Shown here: one piece after another, positions 56,801 through 64,000 of the stretch
How positions within the stretch are numbered: position 1 is the stretch's first letter
How the letters are laid out: each line of letters starts with the position of its first letter
Virus record (IMG/VR): IMGVR_UViG_3300021429_002418
Span: 1,708-65,707 of that record
Direction: 5' to 3' (one strand)
DNA from: a virus
Lineage: Duplodnaviria > Caudoviricetes
DNA: 64,000 nucleotides
Made by a program: the position numbers and the translations under genes
The notes under the pieces: generated by a model
The model's database searches: none
Seen by the model: only the letters and a program-made list of their open reading frames with translations
What the model was told of the DNA's origin: nothing

Positions 56801-58067
56801 TACCAAAATTACTGGAGTAATAACAGCTGGTCAACTTGCAAGCACAGCAGTTAGTGCATCGTCTGTTGGTTCAGCCAACCAGGTATCAAGATTTACTGTT
56901 GATGCACAGGGTCGATTGACTTCAGCAAACAGTGTTGCGATTTCAATTCCAATATCTCAAATATCTAACTTTCCAACACTAGTAGCATCAGCTACAACAG
57001 ACACAACCAGTGCAACCAACATTACTTCTGGAACATTACCGGATGCAAGACTCTCTGCAACTGGTGTGACAGCGAATCCTTATGGCGGCGCAAATAAGGT
57101 TGGTACATTTACAGTAGATGCAAAAGGCAGAATTACGACCGCAGCAGATACACAAATTTCAATTCTGAAATCACAAGTATCCGATTTTCCAACATTAGCA
57201 GCATCAGCTACAACTGATACAAGTAATGCGACTAATATTTCATCTGGTACCTTGGCTGAAGCCAGATTGCCAGCATCATTTGCAAAACTTACTGGTTCAA
57301 TATTCACTGGTGAGACCTCTGTAACTAATGGTAGTGGTAAAATTAGATTACTACCAGGTGGCGACATTTATGCATATAGATCCACAGGAGATTCAGGTAC
57401 AGGGGTTCTATATTTAAATAGTACAGGAACAAGATACCTATTCAACGATGGAACAAAATACATTCTTAACGGACAAGCACTGGAGATTAATGGTTCACAG
57501 GCCACAACACTAGGAACTGGTGGAATTGTTACTGGAGGTTATAACTTCAGATCAACATTGTCTGTTGGAACAAATGGACAATCAGGAACTTTGGCTGCCT
57601 ATGGTTCAGGCGCCTTAGCTGATAGTGCTTCTATGTCTTTCCATAGACCATCTGCATATGGAATCAACATGGGACTAGATTCAGACGGTGCATTCAGATT
57701 AGGTGGATGGTCAAACGGAACCAATGCTTATAGATGGACTTCTGATACAGCAGGCAACTTTGTTGCAAGTGGTAACGTTACTGCTTACTCTGATGAGAGA
57801 TTGAAAACAAACATCAAAACAATTGAAAATGCTTTAGACACCGTATCTAAAATGCGCGGTGTAACTTATGAAAGAATTGATTCTGGCATAAAAGGTGTTG
57901 GTGTTATTGCACAAGAAATGAAAGAGGTTCTACCAGAAGTAGTTATGGAAGCGTTGAGTGATGATGAATATATGTCCGTTTCATATGGCAACATTGTTGG
58001 TGTTTTGATTGAAGCAATTAAAGAACTTAAAGCCGAGATTGAAGAATTAAAAGGACAGAATAAATGA
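53841..58067 (+). CDS. long tail fibre with C-terminal intramolecular chaperone (peptidase S74)
   Basis: many L.ANT repeats, TVDAxGR repeats, SDERLKTNIKTIENAL..V..MRGVTY...GVIAQE...V.PE.V...SV.YG..VG.LIEAIKEL. Confidence 0.9.
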   Translation: MANTVTSLSYANTFGHWLNSTDALISENNILATGNYVKDTGTLFLSESTLSALQANGNIIAQKQLLVQGVGSSATIQNNLTVQGQGLFTNTGLSISTTANANVGGILTVLGSGFGLEVANDARVSGDLVIGGNLELNVLEARLRVNTANISITGTTYTNRLAANGHVSSGSLVANTDIFTSRLQANTSITTTSLQANTIINAAAISATTGIFSNTIQANTSVNTATASIMNTMFANVVQANTSTNTANASVTGTVYTKNLVANTSIIGLNIFATANVSGNNFFALDSVHAAANGYISDTVFTDTILANTVIIQNNVDVGNTITTSQLVVSSNIITPEIFSVTNYSDYFEANTDIITPTITVEGTGFIRVLQADSSTNTSNASVTNTIYVNNLVANTSAIIPAVFTSGITTTDVLQANSRIGSALSTISGVSTTGSLQANTSTNTSNASIVNTTYTKHLVANTSVITPTIFVSGATVTSTLQANVSTNTQTISVSQLIDGNTATAFLNNLSIGNQLSVAGDFVISGTTVYNSDKFTINAGSNIPEISYFEVNRGTGSTNAHIRWNEPQKLFDVIDVVSNSYYHILTSNLISGSLTSTSSSTLASSAAANTLNNTITAANNFLQAAVASSGSYANAAFIAANTADTKAVNSGSYANAAFLHANAAFISANNVAPQIEPAFRHANAAFAKANSVIASVTGTSGSVTASDAGVTLGSNNGITINSTSANTLIISTAQDIRTTATPTFAGLDLTTPLPISEGGTGVTSTSAILNAILPAGATSGYVLTTGGVGNYFWAAGSGGGGGGATPGTTITSTRLTYSGDSSNTKFITPTFNNSTQLRAYINGVRQLESEYHANTANSRILFSTAPAVGDSILLEVDGYAVYEYFANNIAYTTNELLGAANTIQSAIDTLTTSAAFESGADFVGRVTGLTMNIAASNTSFATTAYVKNVLGSTGTYAINTTGNAGTVTNGVYTSGSYGNPSFITSLANTKITGVITAGQLASTAVSASSVGSANQVSRFTVDAQGRLTSANSVAISIPISQISNFPTLVASATTDTTSATNITSGTLPDARLSATGVTANPYGGANKVGTFTVDAKGRITTAADTQISILKSQVSDFPTLAASATTDTSNATNISSGTLAEARLPASFAKLTGSIFTGETSVTNGSGKIRLLPGGDIYAYRSTGDSGTGVLYLNSTGTRYLFNDGTKYILNGQALEINGSQATTLGTGGIVTGGYNFRSTLSVGTNGQSGTLAAYGSGALADSASMSFHRPSAYGINMGLDSDGAFRLGGWSNGTNAYRWTSDTAGNFVASGNVTAYSDERLKTNIKTIENALDTVSKMRGVTYERIDSGIKGVGVIAQEMKEVLPEVVMEALSDDEYMSVSYGNIVGVLIEAIKELKAEIEELKGQNK
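56871..57074 (+). repeat. 204-bp fibre module, copy in the 53841 gene
   Basis: colinear with 58280-58483, including the identical stretch AACATTACTTCTGGAACATTACC. Confidence 0.8.
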
Positions 58068-59032
58068 CAACAAAGATCACGCCATCGGTACTGGCAAACA
58101 CAGCAGTAAGTGCCGGATCCTATGGTAGTGCGACTGAAATGTCGGTCGTTACAATCGATGCACAAGGTAGAATCACTGCCGCTTCTGCGGCTGCAGCCAG
58201 TTTAAACACTTCACAAATTACAAGTGGTACATTAGCTGACGCAAGACTTCCAGATAAAGTAACAGCAACATCGGCAGGTTCAGCCACACAAGTATCAAGG
58301 TTTACTGTTGATGCCAAAGGTAGAATCACCTCAGCAAACAGTGTTGCAATTGCAATTCCAAAATCACAAATAACAGACTTTCCAACACTAGTAACATCAG
58401 CCACGACAGACACAACCATTGCAAGTAACATTACTTCTGGAACATTACCAGATGCAAGACTGTCTGCAACTGGTGTGGCAGCGGCTTCTTATGGTAGAGT
58501 TGATTATGCGATTAGTCTGACTGTTGATGCCAAAGGTAGACTCACATCAGCAAACAGTGGACCTATTGCAATAACCTCTGCCGCAGTCTCTGGATTGTCA
58601 CCCTCTGCCACCACAGATACAACAAATGCGGATAACATATCTACAGGTACATTGGCTGCAGGTCGTTTACCTGCGTCTGGTGTAGTTGCACAATCTTATG
58701 GTGGACAAGCTAGTGTTCCTAGGTTTACAATTGATGCTGCAGGAAGAATAACTAGAGCAAACAATATTGCAATTGGTATTTCAGCAGGTGCGGTTACAGG
58801 ATTATCTGGTGTTGCAACATCTGGTTCATATTTTGATCTGTCAAACAAACCAACCATACTCAGTAGAGTAGAAACATTGGAAGCAGTGTATCCTGTCGGC
58901 ACAATTTACATGAATTATTCAAATAGTGAAACACCAAACACACTATTGGCCGTTGGAACATGGCAAGCTGTTTCAAATAGTAACTTTACACCAAGTATTT
59001 CTCCACTATATGTGTGGAAACGAATTTCCTAA
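58064..59032 (+). CDS. tail fibre-like protein with TVDAxGR repeats
   Basis: four T[VI]DAxGR[IL]T units; C-terminal YPVGTIYM...P..L...GTW. Confidence 0.8.
   Translation: MTTKITPSVLANTAVSAGSYGSATEMSVVTIDAQGRITAASAAAASLNTSQITSGTLADARLPDKVTATSAGSATQVSRFTVDAKGRITSANSVAIAIPKSQITDFPTLVTSATTDTTIASNITSGTLPDARLSATGVAAASYGRVDYAISLTVDAKGRLTSANSGPIAITSAAVSGLSPSATTDTTNADNISTGTLAAGRLPASGVVAQSYGGQASVPRFTIDAAGRITRANNIAIGISAGAVTGLSGVATSGSYFDLSNKPTILSRVETLEAVYPVGTIYMNYSNSETPNTLLAVGTWQAVSNSNFTPSISPLYVWKRIS
58280..58483 (+). repeat. 204-bp fibre module, copy in the 58064 gene
   Basis: colinear with 56871-57074. Confidence 0.8.
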
Positions 59033-59063
59033 TGTGATAAATACCTCCAAAAGGGGTTAACAA

Positions 59064-59405
59064 ATGCCAGCAGGTTACCAAGAACTATTTCTAGAGCAAG
59101 GCTCAAACTTTAACACATCGGTAGCTCTCGATCAGGCCGATGGAACACCGTTCTCTTTAACCGGCGCACAGATTAAAGCCGTTATGAAGAAGAGTTATTA
59201 TTCCAGCAGCACTACAGCTCAATTTGTTATCACTGTCAATGATCCAACAGAAGGTATACTTCTTTTATCGTTACCTTATGCGAATACTGCAAACATTGCT
59301 GCAGGCCGTTATGTTTATGATGTTGTTATTAAAGATTCATCAAACACAGTGTCTAGAGTTTTAGAGGGAATTGTTAATGTTTTACCTCAAGTTACTGTAT
59401 TTTAA
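59064..59405 (+). CDS. small virion structural protein (Ig/BppU-like)
   Basis: LEQG..F...GRYVYDV.I......RVLEG.V.V.P.VT; late box GATAAATA at 59036-59043. Confidence 0.75.
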   Translation: MPAGYQELFLEQGSNFNTSVALDQADGTPFSLTGAQIKAVMKKSYYSSSTTAQFVITVNDPTEGILLLSLPYANTANIAAGRYVYDVVIKDSSNTVSRVLEGIVNVLPQVTVF

Positions 59406-59414
59406 AGGACTAAC

Positions 59415-59948
59415 ATGGCGACAGTAACAGTTAGACAACCAGCGACCATTAAGGTTCGCGTTGAGGGTCAAAAAACAAGAGTACAAACACTAACGTATGG
59501 TACCAAAACAATGAGAAGTCTGACAGACTTAACATTGGAAGGTGCAAATACGGGTGATGTAATTATTTACAATTCACAAACAAAATCTTTCAGTGCAAAA
59601 GGATTAGGTGCAGACACACCTGTACATGGTAGTTTATTACCAACACAGTCCAGAACATTTGACTTGGGTAGTAGAACACAAAAATTTCGAAGTCTGTATT
59701 TGAGTGGTAATACAATTGACCTTGATGGTACAGTTATCAAGTCTGAAGCCACAACAGGTGCAATTTCTTTTGCAGCTGCACCAACTGCTATCAATCCAAA
59801 TCCTATTGCGATTGTTGTGTCACCAGTAGGTGGTTTTGTTCCTGTTCAAACTACAAACGGTGTAATTTCAGAAACAGAAATTCAAAATGCTGTGGCTAAC
59901 TCAATAACTTATCTGGCGTTCACAGGCGCTGATGCAGGCTTCTTTTAA
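59415..59948 (+). CDS. fibre-associated structural protein
   Basis: L.DL......G..I.YN; LLP...FDLGS...FRSLYLSGNTIDL; ends DAGFF. Confidence 0.7.
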   Translation: MATVTVRQPATIKVRVEGQKTRVQTLTYGTKTMRSLTDLTLEGANTGDVIIYNSQTKSFSAKGLGADTPVHGSLLPTQSRTFDLGSRTQKFRSLYLSGNTIDLDGTVIKSEATTGAISFAAAPTAINPNPIAIVVSPVGGFVPVQTTNGVISETEIQNAVANSITYLAFTGADAGFF

Positions 59949-60142
59949 TGTCAAATACAACCATACAGATCCTAAGATCGTATGCAAATACTCAACCGTC
60001 AACATTAGCTGATGGTGAGTTGGCTTATTCTTTTCTCTCAAACACTCTTTTTATTGGCGACCAAAGCAATAATGTTATAGGTATTGGCGGTCCCGATTTC
60101 GTGGCCAATGCAATTAGCATAATTGACGGTGGCAGTTTTTAA
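59948..60142 (+). CDS. Mtd_N-like single-domain protein
   Basis: TIQILRS...P..LADGELAYS...LFIGD; ends IDGGSF. Confidence 0.7.
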   Translation: MSNTTIQILRSYANTQPSTLADGELAYSFLSNTLFIGDQSNNVIGIGGPDFVANAISIIDGGSF

Positions 60143-60186
60143 TAAATAGAAGATAGTATTCAAACCATATAACAAGGATAATAATA

Positions 60187-61962
60187 ATGGCAAATACCTC
60201 AATTCTGATTAAACGTTCCACTACGACAGGAACACCAGCGAGTTTGTCTGCCGGTGAGTTCGCGTATTCTTATCAATCTAATACATTATTCCTTGGTTCT
60301 CCAGACGGAACAGGAGTAGTTAATGTTGGTGGGCAATACTACACTTCACAGGTAGACAATGCAACATCTGCATCAACGGGTGGAACACTTGTTCGCCGCG
60401 ATGCAAACGGTAATGCTGCGTTCGGTTACATCACAGCAACTAACATTTCTGGCTCAGTTTCTGGTAATGCAAATTCTGCAACACAATTCCAGACAGACAG
60501 ATATATTAGTGTGTCTGGTGGAGACATTACGGCAACAGCACAGTTATTTAACGGCACTGCAAATGCAACATTGAGTGCATCTCTTAGTGCTGTGGCTGGA
60601 CTTACTGCTGGTGTATACGGTGGTTCTACAACGGTACCTATCGTTACTGTTGCTGCAAACGGTCGAATCATGTCGATTGCCAATTCGGCAGCTATCTCAA
60701 CATCTTTAGGTATTGCTGGTGACACCGGTACAGATACTGTTTCACTCGCTACAGACACACTGACATTCACTGGCGGTGTAGGTATTACATCAACAGTAAC
60801 AGACAACACTGTAACTTTAGATGTTGACAATACTGTTGTTCGTTCAAACACTGCAAGCTTGAACCAGATCATTGACGGCAATGTTCAAATTAGTGGTAAC
60901 TTGAGTGTTTTAGGTACACAAACAGTTATCAACACAAGCGTATTAGAAGTTAAAGACCCATTAATCTATTTGGGTGGAAACAATTATGTATCAGACATTG
61001 TTGATATTGGTTTTGTTGGTAACTATAATTCAGGTGCAGCGAACCTTCGCTCTGGTTTAATTCGCCATGCTGGCACAAAAGAATTCTACGCATTTGATAG
61101 TTACACCGGTAGCCTTGACAGCAATAGTATAGATGTTACAAGTGGTGGATTCAATACGGCCAATCTTGTACTCAATGTCGCTAAAGCAAATGTTATTGGT
61201 AATTATGTTAGAACATCAAGTGTTACAGCTCCAACTGGTAACCTAAGTGTTGGACCAGCTGCAAACGCAACAGTCTTCTATTCGACAGGTAATGTTACTG
61301 TTCCAGGAAAAATTACTGCTAACGGCATAGACCTACAAGAATACATTGCAGGTGCTTACAATGTGGGTAATGCTGCAGTTACATCAACATCGACACTAAC
61401 AAGTGGTGCAATCGTTATTGGTGCTGGTGGTAACAATGTAACTACACTATCAAACTCAACCTACACATTAACAGGTACTCTTGGTGCAGCCAAAACAATC
61501 ACTTCACTTACTGTTGATGCATATGGCAGAGTGACAGCAGCGACTGCTGCCGATATTTCTGGACTAACAGTTGCTCAAGGTGGTACTGGCGCAGCAACAT
61601 TCAGTAACGGTGGTCTATTGGTTGGTTCTGGTACAGGCGCAATTGGCGTACTTGCAAACTCAACCTACACACTAACAGGTACTCTTGGTGCGGCCAAGAC
61701 GATTACATCGTTGACTGTTGATGCTTACGGCCGTGTAACTGCTGCAACTGCCGGTGATATATCCGGTCTAACTGTTGCTCAAGGCGGTACAGGTGCTTCG
61801 ACATTTACCTCAAAGGGTATTGTATACGGCGATGGCACAAACGCAATGGCAGTTACTGCTGCAGCAGGCACTTCAGATCAAACATTCTCTAATCAAATAC
61901 TCACTGTCACAAATGCTGGTGTACCGGTATGGACAACCACTCTGGACGGAGGACAATTTTAA
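60187..61962 (+). CDS. tail fibre with Mtd_N-like N-terminus
   Basis: SILIKRS...P.SL.AGEFAYS...LFLG; internal 47-aa duplication; ends LDGGQF; late box AATAAATA at 60141-60148. Confidence 0.8.
   Translation: MANTSILIKRSTTTGTPASLSAGEFAYSYQSNTLFLGSPDGTGVVNVGGQYYTSQVDNATSASTGGTLVRRDANGNAAFGYITATNISGSVSGNANSATQFQTDRYISVSGGDITATAQLFNGTANATLSASLSAVAGLTAGVYGGSTTVPIVTVAANGRIMSIANSAAISTSLGIAGDTGTDTVSLATDTLTFTGGVGITSTVTDNTVTLDVDNTVVRSNTASLNQIIDGNVQISGNLSVLGTQTVINTSVLEVKDPLIYLGGNNYVSDIVDIGFVGNYNSGAANLRSGLIRHAGTKEFYAFDSYTGSLDSNSIDVTSGGFNTANLVLNVAKANVIGNYVRTSSVTAPTGNLSVGPAANATVFYSTGNVTVPGKITANGIDLQEYIAGAYNVGNAAVTSTSTLTSGAIVIGAGGNNVTTLSNSTYTLTGTLGAAKTITSLTVDAYGRVTAATAADISGLTVAQGGTGAATFSNGGLLVGSGTGAIGVLANSTYTLTGTLGAAKTITSLTVDAYGRVTAATAGDISGLTVAQGGTGASTFTSKGIVYGDGTNAMAVTAAAGTSDQTFSNQILTVTNAGVPVWTTTLDGGQF
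61451..61797 (+). repeat. internal duplication in the 60187 fibre gene (copies start 61451 and 61655)
   Basis: 46 of 47 aa identical, with many synonymous differences. Confidence 0.85.
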
Positions 61963-62006
61963 GTTGACTATATAATGTATTATGTTTTTTATGATAGGAG
62001 TTTGAA

Positions 62007-62696
62007 ATGGGAAATGACAAGTATATAAATTATTACATTGAGACATTGACGGCCACCATGACCGATTGTGTGATTCGAAATGTCTCAATGCAAGCTAATG
62101 CAAAAATTACCGATGAGGTTGTTAAGGAACAGATTGAGAAGATTGATGTTTTGACAAAATCAAATGATGAGTTAAAACAAGTTATTGAAGAGTTAAAACA
62201 AAATATTAATAAAGCTGATAATGAAACAATCCAAAACTTAAAAGTTAAGGTTGCGGAAAGTGAATTGAATGTATCCAATTTAACCAATCAACTCACAGAG
62301 CTTAACAACAAATATAGAGACTATGATAGTGTAAGGAATCAGGCAACGCATGTCGATACCTTTAAGTCAGAATTGATTAGAGCCAGAGAAGAAACGAATA
62401 AAACTCGCGGAGAACTGGAAGTAAAAATCAATTCTTTGATAAGTGAGAATAATGGTAAAATTGAAGCATTAAATGGTCAACATGAAAAGAATATTAGTTT
62501 ACTGATACAAAAGCATGAAACTGAAAAGAGTGTATTCAACTCAAAGGTTGAAGAACTTGTTTCAAAAATTGAATACTTACAACTACCTCCTGCCAAAAGA
62601 AAAAAAATTGATGAGCTAAATAAAGAAGCAACACCAACCGTACTCACGGATTTGGTCGGTGTTGATGGCGTAATCAAAGATGGTGGAACGTTCTAA
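62007..62696 (+). CDS. long coiled-coil protein ending DGGTF
   Basis: heptad-rich; SD AGGAG. Confidence 0.75.
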   Translation: MGNDKYINYYIETLTATMTDCVIRNVSMQANAKITDEVVKEQIEKIDVLTKSNDELKQVIEELKQNINKADNETIQNLKVKVAESELNVSNLTNQLTELNNKYRDYDSVRNQATHVDTFKSELIRAREETNKTRGELEVKINSLISENNGKIEALNGQHEKNISLLIQKHETEKSVFNSKVEELVSKIEYLQLPPAKRKKIDELNKEATPTVLTDLVGVDGVIKDGGTF

Positions 62697-62700
62697 GTAA

Positions 62701-63132
62701 ATGTCAAACACAGCAATCCAGTTAAAAAAATCAGGCATAACAGGAAACACACCAAGTTCTTTATCGTTTGGTGAGGTTGCACTTAACTATGCCGATGGAA
62801 AGCTGTTTTATAAAAATGGACTTGGTGGTACATCATTCATCACCAACCAATTTTCTTTTGATACAATCAATGCTAACAACAGTTTGGTGTTGGCATCTGG
62901 TTATTCAGACACACTTTCGTTGGTTGCTGGTAATAATATTACCATCAGCACCAATACGACAACAAAAACAATCACATTCAATGCAACCTCAGGTGGCGAT
63001 GTTGCGCCAGCATTTGAAAAGGCTAATGCGGCTTATATTCATGCCAATGCGGCTTTTGCAAAGGCAAACACGGGTACAACATTATTGGATGTAGACGCAC
63101 AGATTGTTGCTTTCACTATCGCATTTAGTTGA
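62701..63132 (+). CDS. Mtd_N-like fibre adaptor
   Basis: AIQLKKSG..G..P.SL.FGEVALNY.DGKLFYKN; ANAAF heptads; hydrophobic C-terminus VAFTIAFS. Confidence 0.75.
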   Translation: MSNTAIQLKKSGITGNTPSSLSFGEVALNYADGKLFYKNGLGGTSFITNQFSFDTINANNSLVLASGYSDTLSLVAGNNITISTNTTTKTITFNATSGGDVAPAFEKANAAYIHANAAFAKANTGTTLLDVDAQIVAFTIAFS

Positions 63133-63163
63133 CACGATAAATATACAATATCAGGAAATTTAA

Positions 63164-63490
63164 ATGGCAAATGTTTTTAAAAATCAACTTCAAGCTGCGG
63201 TAGGCACATCACCCGTAACAATATATACGGCAGGTGCCGGTGTTTCCACGACTGTCATTGGTATGACTATCGCAAACATATTGAATGTACCTATAACAGC
63301 AAATGTTATTGTAACTTCTTCATCTTCAGATTACTATATGGTTAAGATGGCAACTATCGATCCGGGAAGTTCACTAATCACAATTGGTGGTGAACAAAAG
63401 CTTGTTCTGGAAGCCACAGATTCACTTAAAGTATCTACAAGCAACGCATCGGCAGCTGATGTAATTCTAAGTCTGTTGGAAATAACGTAA
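63164..63490 (+). CDS. small beta-sandwich virion protein (MAN.FKN type)
   Basis: KLVLEATDSLKV...D.ILSLLEIT end; late box GATAAATA at 63136-63143. Confidence 0.75.
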   Translation: MANVFKNQLQAAVGTSPVTIYTAGAGVSTTVIGMTIANILNVPITANVIVTSSSSDYYMVKMATIDPGSSLITIGGEQKLVLEATDSLKVSTSNASAADVILSLLEIT

Positions 63491-63491
63491 C

Positions 63492-64000
63492 ATGAAGTTC
63501 TCCTACATCGGCAACCAGGAAAACAAAGACGTAAGAATAGCAGGTTCGTATGCGAACTCTGCATTCTCACACGCTAATGCAGCTTTCCTTGCGGCTAATA
63601 CTGGTGGTAGTGGTTCAGTAAGTGTTGGAACAATAGCAATAACTGTTGACAACTTTACATCAAACGGTAATACGACCACATACACATTAAGTACAACACC
63701 AACAGCTGAGCAATATGTAACAGTTGGTGTTGATGGTTTAACTCAATTTCGTAATACATACAACACTTCTGGCAACATAATAACTTTTGATTCCGTATTT
63801 GAAAACGGAGCAAACATAGAAGTTACAACAATAACTTCAGCTATTGCTGTAGAGACTTCTGCAAACAATACGAATGCAGCATTCGCTGTAGCCAATAGTG
63901 CTGCACAATATGCTAATGCGGCTTTCGTACAAGCCAATGCTGCATTTGCAGTTGCTAATTCTGGTTCAGGTGCAGCATCAGCTGGGTTATATGCTAATGC
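63492..64000 (+). CDS. fibre-like structural protein, runs off the window end (absent from the ORF track)
   Basis: hand translation from ATG 63492 (MKFSYIGNQENKDVRIAGSYANSAFSHANAAF...) stays open to 64000. Confidence 0.8.
   Translation, partial: MKFSYIGNQENKDVRIAGSYANSAFSHANAAFLAANTGGSGSVSVGTIAITVDNFTSNGNTTTYTLSTTPTAEQYVTVGVDGLTQFRNTYNTSGNIITFDSVFENGANIEVTTITSAIAVETSANNTNAAFAVANSAAQYANAAFVQANAAFAVANSGSGAASAGLYAN

Noticed and set aside
59948-63132. Diversity-generating retroelement suggested by Mtd_N-like domains
   Set aside because: No reverse transcriptase and no TR/VR pair differing only at adenines in the window; the 204-bp fibre repeats differ at all base types
40683-63937. Many minus-strand ORFs rich in Val/Ala/Phe across the structural region
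   Set aside because: They are antisense shadows of Thr/Ala/Asn-rich fibre and baseplate genes, whose codon bias removes stops on the opposite strand
1-64000. CRISPR array or integrase/transposase
   Set aside because: No regularly spaced repeat-spacer array and no recombinase motifs; the Cas4-like protein at 22946 is the usual T4-like exonuclease
1-64000. Stop-codon reassignment or selenocysteine use
   Set aside because: Core genes (gp32, gp6, gp8, phoH) are full length in the standard code, and the Cys-rich gene has no in-frame TGA

Overview
This 64 kb window is part of a T4-like myovirus genome. It is AT-rich with tightly packed genes in the standard genetic code, and the host cannot be determined from the window. 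It has four zones. (1) 1-13.4 kb: small early genes on the + strand behind near-consensus sigma70 promoters that share repeated flanking motifs, plus two AAA+ ATPases (one CobS/MoxR-like), a metallophosphoesterase and a GalE-like epimerase. (2) 13.4-25.2 kb: an accessory region with a free-standing HNH-type endonuclease, a pyrimidine-dimer glycosylase-like gene, phoH, an exonuclease and a SleB hydrolase. Between phoH and the exonuclease lies a dense modification-enzyme cluster: a radical SAM/SPASM enzyme, an adjacent Asn-Cys-repeat protein, two small paralogs, four Fe(II)/2OG-type oxygenases and a B12-type radical SAM. A fifth oxygenase follows the exonuclease. (3) 25.2-27.4 kb: gp33, gp59, a HAD nucleotidase and gp32. 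(4) 27.5-64 kb: tail, baseplate and fibre genes (gp26/51, 54, 2, 4, 48, 53, hub, split gp5, 25, 6, 7-like, 8, a DUF4815-like protein and many fibres). The best candidate for an undescribed system is the rSAM-SPASM / Asn-Cys substrate / oxygenase cluster. It looks like a phage-encoded, RiPP-like post-translational modification pathway, and the rSAM and substrate genes each follow a T4 late-promoter box. Other notable signals are a probable -1 frameshift joining gp26 to an ATG-less gp51 domain, a repeated C-terminal DGGxF / N-terminal Mtd_N-like pairing among fibre genes, three late-promoter boxes exactly 4 nt from an ATG (leaderless mRNAs), and a split gp5 with an HxH tip. All family assignments come from motif recognition by eye; no database searches were run.
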